A stretch of 57,696 nt of DNA, filler included, from Streblomastix strix (Eukaryota), in NCBI GenBank assembly GCA_008636045.1. It is 2 parts of 2 records of this genome, joined end to end, with 100 filler letters (N's around TTAATTAATTAA, not from the genome) between each part and the next. Parts side by side here need not be neighbours in the genome. Positions count along the whole stretch, not along the records: positions 1 to 28,820 come from SNRW01000113.1; 1 more part is not named here. One strand, 5' to 3'. A program made the position numbers and the translations under genes. The notes under the pieces were generated by a model. That model made no database searches. It saw only the letters and a list, made by a program, of their open reading frames with translations, and had not been told where the DNA came from. The stretch's first letter is position 1. Each line of letters starts with the position of its first letter. Positions 10,101 through 25,200 of this stretch are shown here, piece after piece.

Positions 10101-12042
10101 TCACATTTTCTTATGTTTTTTGGCACTTTAATGATATTGATAATAAATTATCAATTCATTTTTAACATCCAAAGCTTTCTATTTTATCTTATAATATTTA
10201 TCTTCCTCATTTTTCATCAGATGAGCATCAATATCTTCATTCCCTCCAAATTCTTCAATACTTTCAAATTACCGAAGAATTATGTTTCTATTATTAAGTG
10301 CTTCAGATTTAATTTCTCTTTGATAATTAATATATCTTAATATTACTTTAAAGCTTTCTAATGCAAATTCTATTTCTGAATTTTGTTCACTATCAACGAG
10401 CGGGCAAAGAGCAGAAGAAAATTCAGTATTTTTCAACTATTCACATACTTCTTTATCATTGTATGACATTATTCTCTCCAAAATAAGTTGACTTGTGCTT
10501 CTAATTCTTTCTGAATAATCCTTATCTTCACATTTTTCATTAAACATTCTATGATCTTATTTCTTCAATGCAACAAGTTTAATCAGAGCTGGAACAAGTG
10601 TGTGCATCGAATAGGAACTCTTCATGCACCATGTTTGTATACTGAGAAGGAACTTAAGAACATGCAACGCTTCCATAACTACTTTCTGAGAAGTGAGAAT
10701 TACAGGATAACTTTGGAAATTGAGCTATGATTGATTTATAGAGAGTGACTATGTTGAAGAAATGTTTATATGAGGTGTGAGAATATTGCCAATATCCTTA
10801 TGCTGTCTGATATGATAGTTTATGTTATCGAATGAACATATGAATTCTTTCATTAGTTCATAAATGGCAAGTAGAAGCTCTTATGATGCTGATCGTTCTG
10901 ATTAATTTGAACATCTAGAGTAATAAAGTCCTATTTTCTTGCAGATATCAATCAAATAATCAACTTTATTCAGGAAATCATCCCATTAAATGGGGCATGA
11001 ATTTGTAAATGCATATTTTTCAGATTATCCATCTAATGATTTAATTAATTTGGCAGACAATTCAATCTATTCTGAATTTTCATTAATTAAAGTCAATAAT
11101 GATCCTTTTTGAAGTGCTTATTCTTCTTTAATAAGTTTATTGAAGAGTTTTGTTATTTAATTCTGAATTATATCTAAACTTATTTTGAGATATTCATCTT
11201 TAATACATATTGATTTATCCTTCATTATCATTAGATATAAAAGTACAATTTTCTCAGCAGCTTTTGGCATTTATTTGTTTTCATTTTTGATATATTCAGT
11301 TACTACTGTATTAAATAGATCTTCAATCATCTTTTTCAATCCAGATTCTTTCATATTCTATTAAACACTAATTTTATATGATATAATTCCACTTCGAAAT
11401 TCATTTTCTGTTTCATTCATAGAAGTTAGACATTCAACCACATATTGTAATATACTCAATAATGCAAGCTCTGGAGCAGTTGAACAAGATCCAAGATACG
11501 CTTTGAAAGTTTGAAGAATTTATTTATCAAATGAAATTAATAGGTTAGTATTGTCGGTTTGTTTGCATTATAAGTAAATATTATTCAATTATTCAGATTT
11601 CTATTCATCTGTAAAATGTGCTGATTCAAATATTTGTTTTATTGATTGAAGAGAAATTGGTAATTGTTTTATTTGATATTATTAATCTTACTGGTCTGAA
11701 TGTGAGTCAATGAGTATTTGAGTAAGAGACGAAGTATTATGATTATTTGGGTCAATGGTCTGAAGTGTTTATAAAGATTGACTTCCTTACTATTGCTAAA
11801 ATTCAGAATTCATTTATAGCTCTGATATTTATTATTTTTATTTCTCAATTAGTAAAGAAAGTAATTTATTTACTTTATCTGCTTCCTTTTTTTTATCGAG
11901 AGTGCTGCTTGATTCATGCATTTAATTGTTCAATTTCTGCGTTAATTCATTAATTTATTAATTTTTTTTTTTCCAATTGTTCTTTTAACTGTGAAATTTC
12001 TTCATCCACCTTTGAAATAGTATATTTTACTTTTTTAGACAT
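10101..12042 (-). CDS. Lineage-specific coiled-coil + helical (ARM-like) repeat protein, with apparent frameshift in an A11 run
   Basis: Open frame from ~11960 to TGA10101 with TAR=Q, ending IEEFGGNEDIDAHLMK...IKQKALDVKNEL. The N-terminal MSKKVKYTISKVDEEISQLKEQLE (ATG12042) joins this frame only if the run at 11962-11972 is one base shorter. Confidence 0.65.
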
Positions 12043-12844
12043 TATATAACTAAGAATGATATATTAAAGAAAAGAAAATATGATTAAATAATTTAATCTT
12101 AAAATAATATTAAGATCAAAATTGTAAATTATGTTAGAATAAAATGCATTTCATAATGAATTAAATGCATTTTTTTAAATAAAATTTAATAAATTTATCT
12201 GTAACTATTAGCTGGATTCGAATTAATATTTTTAGTTTAATAATTAAAACAAAAAATAAAAACAAAATGATAATATATATAAAATTAAATTTTGGATTTT
12301 GATCTTGTGGTAGAATTTGTAGATTTAATAAAATTTATAACTTTCTTAATTCTCCTTGATTAAAAAAAAATGTTTTGGAAAATAAGTAAATATTTTGAGA
12401 TTAAAAATGATTATTTCATAAATAAATATATGATTTATATCATGAAAAGGAAGAATAGCTACAGTACGCTTTACACAGGAACCATCATCAATTATTTTAG
12501 TATTTTATTTTGATATTTATTTACTGCAAAAATAATATTTAATTTATTATTTATCTACTAAAATAAGTCACTAAATATGGCGTAATATTTTATTTGAACA
12601 AAAATTCAAGTTATCCCCTTGTTAACTTCATATATTTTTTATTTAATTTAATAATTATATTTATTTTATATTTTATAACGGAACCAATGTACATATATTA
12701 CCAAATGTTTCTTTTATTTTTTTAAAATTAAAATTTTTAAATTTTTTTTTAAAAAAATTTATCTTGCCCTCTTAATTTTCCATATTTTTTTATAAATTTG
12801 AATTTTTTTTATTTTTTTTAGTTTATTATAGAAGATAAAATAAT

Positions 12845-14091
12845 ATGGAGAGAAAAATCCATATTGATGTTTAGAAACCTACTGAAGTTTGCACTTTTTT
12901 TCTAAATTTCTTTATATATATATATATTTTTAACAAATATTTATTATTAATAAACTTTTATCCTTTAAGCTAACCCAAATATAAAATCTTCTGGAGAATA
13001 TTGATTAAATATAAGATAATAAATTGAAAGATGCTCTTTAACACCTTCTCAACATGGTTGTATAATGTATGTAAATAAAATATTTTTCTTTTATCATTTT
13101 TTCAATTGTTTATTTGTAGTTTCTTCTGATAAATACTTTCAAATTGAAAATTTGATGTTTAAAAAACTTGTCAGCATATATCAGAAACAATAAGATTAAG
13201 AAATATCTGTTTGAAATTATTATTTTAATATTAGCTGTTCGAAAATTTTTATATTATTTTAATTATCTTTTTCTACAGGCACTTTGTTTGAGCATTTTAG
13301 TTAATTCAACCACTAAAATGAATCGAAATATGCAAAATGAACATTTTTAGTTATTATTCATCTCTCTGATGATTGCAATCCAATCTCCAATAAGAGAAAT
13401 CAGTGCAACTGGTGCCACTTCCATAATAAAGATAATAAAATCAAACTTCAAATTCCGTAATTTCATTTCACAAAGAAGCATTTTCATCCAGAAATCGGCG
13501 GATATATTAAAGAGTGGATCTTAGCTTTAGTTTCAAATATAATCCCCAAAAGAAGCATATTCAATTCATACAAAATTAGCTGTTATTGACATCTTAAACT
13601 AATTGTTGAAATTCTTTGATATTGAATTTGATGAATAAGAAATAATGAATTTGATTGAAGCACTTCAAACCGATCAGTATGTGATAAGTGAGAAGAAAAA
13701 GAAAAAAGAAGATGATACTGATTTATTGAAAGATAATGCAGAACAATTATTGAGTGTAATTAAACATTAATTTAAGTAATAATTTGGAAAAGTGCAGCAG
13801 GTCAATGAACAAAAGAAATAAGGTACTAAATCCATGCAATCTGATTATAAACATATCATTAAAATGAAAAGGATACTTTCAGTCATTTACTTCATCATAA
13901 TTATTATAATAATTGCATCAATATGCGTTATTGGCTTCAAATACTATAAATAAATGAAAATAATAAATGATGAAGTAACAATAGTTAAATAAGATAAAAT
14001 TAAAGCTGAATAAGAATTATAGAGTGTACTTTAATAGATACAAGATGAAAAGGATAAATTGTCTAAAAAGAAAAAGAATAAAGGAAAATGA
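12845..14091 (+). CDS. Hypothetical protein: helical N-terminus, one transmembrane helix, coiled coil (3 introns; may extend past TGA14089)
   Basis: ATG12845; GT-AG introns starting at 12887, ~13067 and ~13210 preserve the frame; hydrophobic segment ILSVIYFIIIIIIIASICVIGF (~13870-13940). Confidence 0.6.
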
Positions 14092-14788
14092 CTTATTAAG
14101 CAATCATGAAAATTACAAAATGAAATTAGAGTTATATAATTAAGGTATGATTTAGTTTTCAAATTTATTTAAATTTATATATTTAATAAATCTATTTTTT
14201 ATATTATAATTAAAAGATAAGAAGGAATAGAAATAACAATTTAAAAACATGAGCAGTCTTTTTTATATATATTCATATTTTTAAATTTCGTTTTATAATT
14301 GTATCTACAATGTGTCTATTAATATTTATTTATTTTTTTTTAAAAAAATAATTTAAGTAATAAATAAATACTAACCAATTTTATCTAAAATAATTCATAA
14401 AATAAAGAAAAATGCATTCTTTTTGTTGAGAAAATTGAAATATTTTAAGTGAAATCATTTTCTGGTCTTATTTTTTTGTAAAAATTTTTACAAAAATTAT
14501 TTAATTATTTTTCTAATACTAATTAACACAAAATTTAATTAAAATTCAAAAAATTTGATTTAACTTTTAAATTATACATAAAAAAACCGTTTTCCTGTTT
14601 ATTTCTAATATTAGAATATATTTCTTAGTTAAACAGTAATAAATTTGTTTATAAATATATTAATATATTATTTAAATTAATTAAATATAAATTTGCTTCA
14701 TATTTAGGAAGAGCAAAATTTCCCCAAATTTTTGAAATATTTTTTGAAAGATAAAAGGAACTAAAATAAATTAATTAATAAAATAAAA

Positions 14789-17700
14789 ATGGGAGCACAG
14801 ACGTCATAGGACGATTCAAATTAAGTTGCAGAGAACTAAATTACTCATAATTAGTCCACGAGAAACACCAAGAGACCATTTAGTGGACAATTTGAAAGAG
14901 TTGAAAAAAATATTTTAGAAAATGAAAAAAGAAATCAGCAGTCTTCTACTAAATCACAATAAGGTAAAAAAATCAAATATATTTAACCTACATTCTCTAT
15001 CCTGAGTTAAAAGCACTAACATGACTTTTCTCCTCAAGTTAATTAATCTGAACAAAACTAATAAGAATTGAACAGAGAATAAAAACATCAATAAATTCAG
15101 TTTGATAAAAAAGTACCACGTTAAAAATAGCATTTTGTTTAGAAAGAAGATTCAAAAAAGATGTAAAATATTGAATAATGAAATAAAAATAAAGAAATTG
15201 ATTTAATTGAGGAGAAAAGAGTTGAAAATTATTCAAATAAATTGATTATAAAAGATAATAAATAACTGAAACAAATATAACTAGATTAACAGCTCTCAAA
15301 AGCACAGGCTATTATTGTTGAAAAGAATTAAGCTAAATTATTGCAATAATAAATGAATACTAAATAATAAGACAGTAGAAAAAACTATCATCGTAGTTCA
15401 AGTTTATCTATGTTTAATCCAGATGATAAATAACAAAATGAAAAATAAAAAGATATTAGAAAAGATAAAAACAATGAAAAATAAGAATAGAATGAATAAA
15501 AGAAAGAGAAATAATAGAATAAATTGAATATGATAAAAATGAAGACAAACAATAATGAAATAGCAAATTAAACTGATTAATTGATAGAATTGGGACAAGT
15601 TAAGAGAATTACAAAAGATGCAGAAATTAATTAAACTATGAATAATTAAAGTATATAATAACAAAATTTAAATACAGCAGAATAAAATTACTAAAAGAAA
15701 TAAGAAGATTAATAAAATCAAAATAAAGAAAATCCAAAGAAAAATCTTCATAAAAATTAAGATAATTTAAAAAGTAACAACATCGATTCTCCTCTTTAAG
15801 ATTAGAACCCCGCTATGACTAGTAAAAAATCTGTAAAGAAAGATAAATAAAAACAATAAACAGAACCATTTATTCCACCGTCAAAAATTCCTCATTAATT
15901 ATATACTGCATTTTCTTCATATAGTCAGTAATCTGCTCTATCAAAATTTTAACAATCAATTAATTAATCAAAATAAGTGATTATTAAATAATATTAATAA
16001 TTCCCAAACACTGCTAAAGGAAAATTTGATTCATTGTATCATTAATTTTAAGAATCAGATTCAATTGATTAGAAATCATAAATTGTTGAATTGGTCAAAT
16101 TGAATATATAATAAATGAATTTAGCTTAATTCTTATCAATTATTGATAATTCACTATGCGTTTTAATAATTAATGATATATAAAAATGTATAAAAAGAGA
16201 AAATAATTCAGATGTTAATAACCATAAAGAAGAAAATATGAATTAAATTAATGAAATTAATTAATATGCACAATAAAATGCTTATTCTCAATATTAATAG
16301 TAACAATAATTTATTCTCATTCTTGATATTTTGTAAGAGATTGTAGACTATGGTGCTTCAATTTAATTGAATTATGACTATTCTCAATTTTTCAATGTTT
16401 TATTCAAATCAGGGATTTATAATGAAATTGAAATAGTATTAAGAAAAGAAAATGAAAAATTAGATAATTTATTAATTAATTATATTAATGCAGAGATAGA
16501 AATTGTAAATAAGAATGAATAAGATATAATTTCTCCTGAAAATTAAAACATACTTGATTAATAAGAAATAATTGAATAATAATAATTACAACTTCAGAAA
16601 TAATAAGAATAAATATTATTAAAACTTACTTTGATTTATTGTGCCATTAATAAGAATATTTGTGTTAGTTCTGACATTTTAAATATTGTTTGGAATATCT
16701 TTGATGATAACATATCTAATATAATACAACAATTTAAGAAAATTAATAAACAATATGTTTAAAATGTAAAATTAAATGAAAAACAAATCATACTTAATAG
16801 TAATGAATATGCTGATACAATTGGCAAAATAACATATAATGATAATGAAAATTATTTTAATACTGATTATGAATAAGAATTAATCAAAATAACTAAAATA
16901 ATAAAATCTTTACAATTAATTATAATAGTTGAGAATAATTTAAATAATATAATTGATTAAAGTAAGTTTAATAAAAGATTGAAATTCCTTCTTCATATTA
17001 ATTGTTCTTAAGCATCTAAATGCAAAATAAATATATCACTTCCGAATTGTTTACAACTTCAATAATTGTAAGAGAAAATAATTTCAATAATTGTGTTAAT
17101 AACCTAAAATCCTAATAATTGTAAGCAATTCTTGTAATTTGATCACTCAATTCTTGAATATTTGTGTTAATTTATCATTTCATTCACATCAACTCTAGTA
17201 TATCATAAATCAACAACAAATGAATAATAGAAATAATCTTCTTTAAATTCTTTATCTTCATCAAATTATCAAAGATCCTAATTATAAACATCATAAGCAT
17301 CAATTTCTCAAAAATTTGCTTTTGATTCATTTAATTCACTAATAAATCTGTTTGAAATTAATTAAGAATATTTTAATCAATCATAATTGATGAAATAATA
17401 ATAATAATTTAATGTTTCATTTGCTGAAATATATAAAGTTATTAATAAAAATAGATTAAGAACAAAATAATCGATAATTATTTAATAATAATGTGTTAAT
17501 CAAAGATTAGTGTGTTTAAATTGGTTCAGTAAAATGATGATAATAATAATAAATAAACATTAAACTCCATTTTCTGATGACCATGGGATAATATTAAGAG
17601 AGATTATTAATCCAATTTGTATAAGTGGATTATGTGTTGAAGAAAATATTGATGTAATAAAATAAGGATTTCATTGTTTATTTGATATTTTATCTTAATT

Positions 17701-17938
17701 ACAAAAATAGAATCATGATTTAAAAAATAATTTAATAGGAGAAATAGAAAATTAGATGATATCAAGAAAACTTTAATAAATAAGCTATTTATTTATTGAA
17801 TTATGCAAATAATTTGAAGAATAAGGATTAATTGAAGAATTAGATGTTGATTTGTTTATTTCATAGCATGAATTGAATTTATAGAATATTAGAGTTGAAT
17901 CGCGATAATGCTTAAAATTAATAACAAAATATATTTGA
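14789..17938 (+). CDS. Lineage-specific helical-repeat protein with N-myristoylation-type start (MGAQTS); one in-frame TGA at 15179
   Basis: ATG14789 and terminal TGA17936 are in the same frame, ~1049 codons with TAR=Q. C-terminus FEEQGLIEELDVDLF resembles that of the 10101-12042 gene. Confidence 0.7.
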
Positions 17939-18399
17939 TATAATCATTTTTATTTAATTTTGTGTTGAGTAAATTTTTTTATATTTATGTTCGTGTTAAA
18001 TGTATGTCTGTTTTTTTATTTTATATGTTTAAATTCAAATTTAATTTCATTTATTGATTTTATTATTTAATTTAAATGAGTTTAATAAGTAAATAAAAGT
18101 AATATGAAGTATTTATTTAAAAAATTTCGAAGTTCGGTTTTTATTTTTTTTATTTTAATTCATTCCTTATTATGGTCATTGATGACTCAAGGAATTGAAT
18201 TGACTATGCACATCTTAAAATATTGAAAATGATATTACTTTTACATTTTCTTATTTTAACTCATGAATAACAATTTAAAGATTTATTCGCAAAACTCTAC
18301 TATTTATTAAACATTAAGAATTTGAAACTAGTAATAATAAAGTTACATAGAGATATAAAAAAGTTGATGTTGATATGAATTGCTTGATGTAGTGAAATT

Positions 18400-19040
18400 A
18401 TTTTGAAAAGTATAAATTAAACGTTAATGAACTCTTCATTATTCACTCTTTCCCTAAGAAGATTGAAATACTCTGAGATTGAATGAATTGTGAGATGATT
18501 AAGCTTTCATTGTGTATTGCTTGATAATACTTTGATCATACCATCAGAACAAACAGTAATAAGTATAGATTGGTGAGTTACAATCTGTGTGCTTCCTTTA
18601 CTGAACTGTAAGTATGTTGTACTTGTTAACTAAATCGACTCTATTAATCTACAATTCCGATTTATCCATTATTCTTAACTAATTAATTGAGATTTAATCT
18701 GTTGAATTGAGATTTAAACCAAATAAATTTGAATTACTGTTTGACTTTGATGTATTTCTGGCAATTTAGATTGGTTTAGATACTTTAAGGATTAAATGAG
18801 TTTATAGAAGGATACGTTTTAGAACTATCTTGCATCTAAAACATGAAGATATCCATGATTTGCTGTTATAAGGAGTGGGATTGTATCTTGAGTTTGATAA
18901 TGAGATTATGCAAGCGATTTTGTAATAGATAAAATTCTTTCTCAATATCATATCTCACAAGATCACCAGAAATGAATCCAATAATGACATTAGTTGAGGA
19001 TGTAATGCAATATCTCGAACTGCTCTATAGTGTTGCATTA
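18400..19040 (-). pseudogene. Degraded WD40/beta-propeller-like gene fragment
   Basis: Pieces in shifting frames: VIIGFISGDLVRYDIE, LLITANHGYLHVLDAR, ILITVCSDGMIKVLS. No intact ORF. Confidence 0.35.
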
Positions 19041-19252
19041 TAAAATTACGAGGTTCAAATATTTGGATAATAGAGAATATTAATATTAAGAAGATTATGA
19101 AGAAAAAATTCTCAAAATAAATAAAAATAAAAAATGGATAATAAAATAAAAATTTAAAAATTAAATAACAATATATAGTAAAATTAATGATTGTATAAAA
19201 TATTATTATTATCTTTTAAATGATGATTCAATTATTCTTATTGTATATTAAT

Positions 19253-22200
19253 TCACATTTTCTAAGACATCATCATTTTTTCTTAATCTCCAATTATTGA
19301 TATTATTAATGGAATTAATTCTTTTGCTTTGAGTTTAATTTATTATTTTTTATCTTCATCCCAATCATAATACCATTTATTTCCCAATTCATTAACATAT
19401 TCATTATTTGTTAATTATTCAATTTTATCTTTAACAGCTAAAGCAATTTTTAATTAATTAATATTTGATCCATATTTAAGAATAGAAAGTGAGAAATTAA
19501 GATATTCAAGAGTTTGATATTCATATTTGAAGAATTTCATTTCAAATTAATTAGAAAGAATCGCATCATGGTTATCTATATAAATATATATTAAAATAAT
19601 AAAATAAAATAAATAAAAAATAATTAATAACAAATAAAAAAGTATACCTGGGCATTCAGCAATAATTGAAAGTTCTTCAAAATCATTATTAAGTTTGAGT
19701 TCTTCAATTACACTATTCCTGATTTCTGCTGGAAGAGGAAGAGATTTGAATAAATATGAAAGTGTTTATGCATAATATCTTAGAATATTTTCATTTTTTT
19801 CATCATCTTTGAATATTTGAATTAATTTTGGAATTGTTCCATCTATTTATAATTATTTATGCAATGGATGTTATTATCCTAATTTTAATCCATTATTTTA
19901 AATTTTGATATAATTCAATATTAAATTAATTGATTCATTTCTAACATTATTATCTTTAGAATCTTATGTTTTTATAACGAGTAAAGAAATTAAATTAATA
20001 TTATTCTTATCATTTATTATTGATATTATTAATGAAAGTAATTCTTTGGATTTGGATTTAATTTCTTATTTTCTATCTTTATTCCAACCATAATAATTTC
20101 CCAATTCATCAATATATTCATCATTTGTTAATTATTCAATTTTATCTTTAATAACTGATGCAACTTTTAATTAATTAATATTTGATCCATATTTTAGAAT
20201 AGAAAGTGAGATATTAAGATATTCAAGAATATATTTATCATTTTAGAAGAGTTTCTTTTCAAATTAATTAGCAAGAATTGCATCATGGTTATCTTTATAA
20301 ATATTATATATTATAATAAATATATAATTTCATTTAAAAAAAATATAAATATAATTAAATATATTTATATATACATATATTCAATAATAAATAATTTATA
20401 TACCAGGACATTCAGCAAGAATTGAAAGCTCATCAAAATCAGGAGAATAATATTATTTGAGTTTTCCAATAACATTATTTCTGATTTCTGGTGGAAGAGG
20501 AAGAGATTTGAATAAATAAGAAAGTGTTTATGCAATATCATTTTGAATATCTTTATCTTTTTCATCTTTAAATATTTGAATTAATTTTTGAATTGTTCCA
20601 TCAGATTAAAATTATTTATGCAATGGATGTTATTATCCTAATTTTAATCCATTAATTTAAAGTTTGATTTAATTTAATATTCTACAAATTAAATTTTATT
20701 TATAATTATTATCTTATGAATCTTATATCTCTGTAACTAATTATGAAATTAAACTAATATCAATTTTATCATTTATTATTGATATTATTATTGGAAGTAA
20801 ATCTTCTGCTTTAGATTAAATTTCTAATTATTTTTCATTGATATGATTTAATGTTTGTTCTATCGGATAAATTGTATATTCATCATTTGTTAATTTTTCA
20901 ACTTTAATATTAACAGCTAAAGCAACTTTAAATTTATTAATATTTGATCCATATTTAAGAATTTAAAGTGAGATATTAAGATATTCAAGATTAAATTTAT
21001 TATTTGAGAAGAGTTTCATTTAAAATTAATTAGAAAGAATTGTATCATGGTTGTCTAAATAAATATAATATATTGAAATTAATAAAATAAAATAAATAAA
21101 AAATAATTAATAACAAATAAAAAAGTATACCTGGGCATTCAGCAATAATTGAAAGTTCTTCAAAATCATTATTAAGTTTGAGTTCTTCAATTACACTATT
21201 CCTGATTTCTGCTGGAAGAGGAAGAGATTTGAATAAATATGAAAGTGTTTATGCATAATATCTTAGAATATTTTCATTTTTTTCATCATCTTTGAATATT
21301 TGAATTAATTTTGGAATTGTTCCATCTATTTATAATTATTAATGTAATGGATGTTATTATCCTAATTTTAATCCATCTAATCCTGCTTTTATTATTATTA
21401 ATATTATTTGAATTATATATAATCTAACATTTATTTCTTTTGAATCAATAAATTTCAACAATTGTTAAATAATTTCCATTTCAAATAATTTATTCTTTTA
21501 CTCAATTTGAATTTATTTAGATAGATAATATAAGGGTTAAAGATATCCTGTTTTCATTTAATTAAGAGGAAGATAATTAATAATATGTAAATATTGATTA
21601 AAAAAATCAGTTAATTCATAAATTATTTCTTCAATATATTAATTATGAATAAGTTAAAGTATTATATTCTAATTTATAGCAATAATTTCCCCTTCCCCAT
21701 CTTCTTTTGAAATCGCTTTTTCAATCATTTCATTTATCATTTATAATAATCCTGCTTTAATCAATTAAATTTTTCCTTCTTTACTTCGATTTTAAAAAAT
21801 TCTTCCAATTTTCATAATTTCTTTCAATTAATCTGGGTATTTATATGCACTCATTATTTATTTGGCTTCATCATTATCTTTTATTTTATTAAGAGTTTCT
21901 TTTGATATTAAGCTTTGAATTAATTATTATGTTTATTAAGATCCAAATAAGAAAAGATTTATAATTAAGTAAAGAGAATATTTGATGGTCTCAGAATCGA
22001 TATATTCACCATCTGACCCTTTCCTATAAAAATAAAAAATATTATATTATATAAATAAAAAATTTGAAGAGTGTGTATTATTTTATTAAAGTTTCATACT
22101 TTAAATATTCAGTTGTTGTCTTAATTCCATTTTCAACAATAATTAATTCATGGTTCTCTAAGAATGAATAAGAAAATATGATTAAGTAAAAAAATAAAAA

Positions 22201-25200
22201 TAATTAATATTATTAATTTATTTAAATTAACCTTAATTCAAAGCAATTAACGAGAGTGATTCTAATGAATATTTTCTATTATCATCTTCTTCAGATTTTG
22301 ATTATTCACAAAACATTTTGATAATTTGATCTTTAAGATTTATTGGTAGTTTGATTCCTTCTGGATTAAGAATATCGAGAAGTTCACAAGCATATTTCTT
22401 ATTCTTTATATCACTTTCATCATTCAAAATTACATCTTATATTATTGTTATTATAATTTATTATTCTTCTAATTAATCAAAATAAGGAAGAGGATGAGTA
22501 AGAAGTTATTGTAAGTGATATTGAGACGAAGATGAATATTCTGATTATTAAAGTAATTACGATCCTTTCTAAATGATATAAGTGAATGTCAAAAGAATTT
22601 ATTCTTAAATATCATTATCATTATTTTTCAGTTTTGGTGAAATAATCTGAAATATTCCCTTTTAAAATAATTAATGAGTATGTTTTGCTGATCCATAAAA
22701 GCAAATTATTTTTATGGATTCAATTATTTCTTATGTTAATTATTCAATTGGAGTATTTTTTATTAATTCAAATAGTTTAATTATTAGACCAGATTAAAAA
22801 ATTAATTCAATATCTTTTTCATTCTTAATAGTCAAAAAATTTATAATTAAAATTATTTTTCTTATTATATCTTTGCAAATAATTTTAACCTTATCTGAAG
22901 CTTATTCATATTATTATTCTTATAATGTTAAAGATTCTAAAGCATTTAAGGTTTTTGCAAAATAATTAAAGATTTCTGTGTTTGTTTTATTTGTTTCAAT
23001 TATATAATCTATAAATTTATTAATTGTTTAGATGCGTTTAAGATTTAAAGGGTAATTTGAGTTTAAGTAATTAGGAATATCATTATTTACAATTTCTTTT
23101 ATTATTATAAGAAGTTATTATCTTTCTATTTAAATTATTTATTTTTCATTATCAAACCATCTTTACCCTTTTCCAAATTCATTCAGGTATTAAATATTTG
23201 TTAATTTCATAACTTCTTATTAGGCATATAGAGCAAATTTCATTCTATTTTCAATGGTTTAATATTTAACATATTTCAAAGTGAGATGAAAATAATCGAA
23301 TGTTTTCTTTATAAATTCAAAGATTTTATTTTCAATGCCATTCTCAAGAATAATTTATTTATTCTCTTTGAATAATAAGTAATTAATTAAAAATAAAAAA
23401 AATAGTAAAAATTAAAATTTATAATAATAAAAAAATTATAATTAAAATTGATTATTGAATATATTATATTAGTTATACCTGGATATTCATAAAGAAGTGC
23501 CAATTTATTTTAATCTTTTTTATTTTAGAGTTCTTGAATTACTTTAATTTCTATTTCAGGTGGAAGAGGATATGCTTTGTAAAGATTTGCAATAATTTGT
23601 GCAACTATATAATGAATATCCTTTTTATTTTTGTCTTTCAATAATGAATTAATATTCATTAATATTTCATTTGTCATTAATTATTGACGAATTGGATGTT
23701 ATTCTCCTTATTTCAACTCATTCATTCCTTTTTCAATGAAGTTTGATATTATCAGATTAGCTTTATTGATTATATCTTTATCTTCTGAATTAAATATTCT
23801 TATTATTGTCTAAATCATCTCTTTAGAAAACAATCTTTGATTTTGAATTGGAGAAAGTTTTTCAGAAATTAATAGAAGTATATCAAGTTATTCTAATTTG
23901 ATTTCTGAAACTTTAAGTGAATTGAGATTATAAAGTTATTGATTAATAAAATCAGATTCATTGAATGTTAATCTATATGTTTCTATGGTATTTTATGAAA
24001 TAATATGTTATATTTATTCAAGAATAATCAATAATCCTTCTTTATTATCTTCTTAAATCATTATTTTAACAATCTCTTCGTTCAGAACAATTGTTAATCC
24101 AGCATTAAATAATTCATCTAAATATTCTTCATTTTTATTATTAATTGATCTTCTAATCTTCATAAGTTACTCATAAGTAATTTCGTCTAAGAATGCAGAC
24201 TTTATAATTTTAGCTTCGGATCCATAATATTAATTGTTCTTCAATTATTCAATCAATTCTGATGTCACTATTTTATTAATTTCAAGTTTTGTTTTCTGTG
24301 AACCATTAATATAAAGGTATTACAAAATTATAAGTGAATTTCTGATTATTTCTAAATTATTCTATTCATTAATTGATTTGAATTCTTAAGATATCATATC
24401 AATCATGTCTTCATCCAGGATAGTTTAATTATTTTCTAGTATTAAAAATATTTCAATAAATAATTAAAGAAATTTAATAATAATTATTAATATTTATTAT
24501 TATAATAGTAATTAATATTATTTATACTTTTGTTTACAGCAAAATAAGTTAATGCTTTAAGTGCATGATTTCTAAGGTTCTTATCTTTGGATTTGATTAA
24601 TTCACAAAACCAAGAAATAATTTTTGGTACAAATTCTCCTTTGAGTTTAAAACCATTAATATATAATATATCAAGAATTTCACAAACTTTTTCCTTATTT
24701 TCAATATTATATTCATTATCAAGAAGAATTTCTTAAACTAAAAATTATATTACATTTTGTCTTTCCAATATTGTTTGATATGGATGTTGAAAAAGAAGAA
24801 GTTTCTATATATGAGATATTGTTTCTTAAGATGATATTTGCAAGTCCCCAAATATATTGTGGGTATTTTTTCTCCCTGAAATGTTGAGAAATGATTATTA
24901 TTGAAAATGAATAGATGACTAAGAATGCTAAGATGAATTTGAATGTTAGGATAATTACGAGTTGGATTTTTGAGATAAATTAGAATTATTAAGAGAGAAT
25001 TTTGGTTTATTTTATTATTATTGATCATTTTCTTCTATATTTGATAATTGCAATAATTATGATTATTTTATACGCTTCCATCCATTTCTAATGATATTGA
25101 GAAATATCTAAAGAATCATTTTTTATAGCTGTCGATTATTATTCTTGAGAAATGGAGCGAGAGAAATAATTGTATTCATATAAAACATCTTCTAAATATG

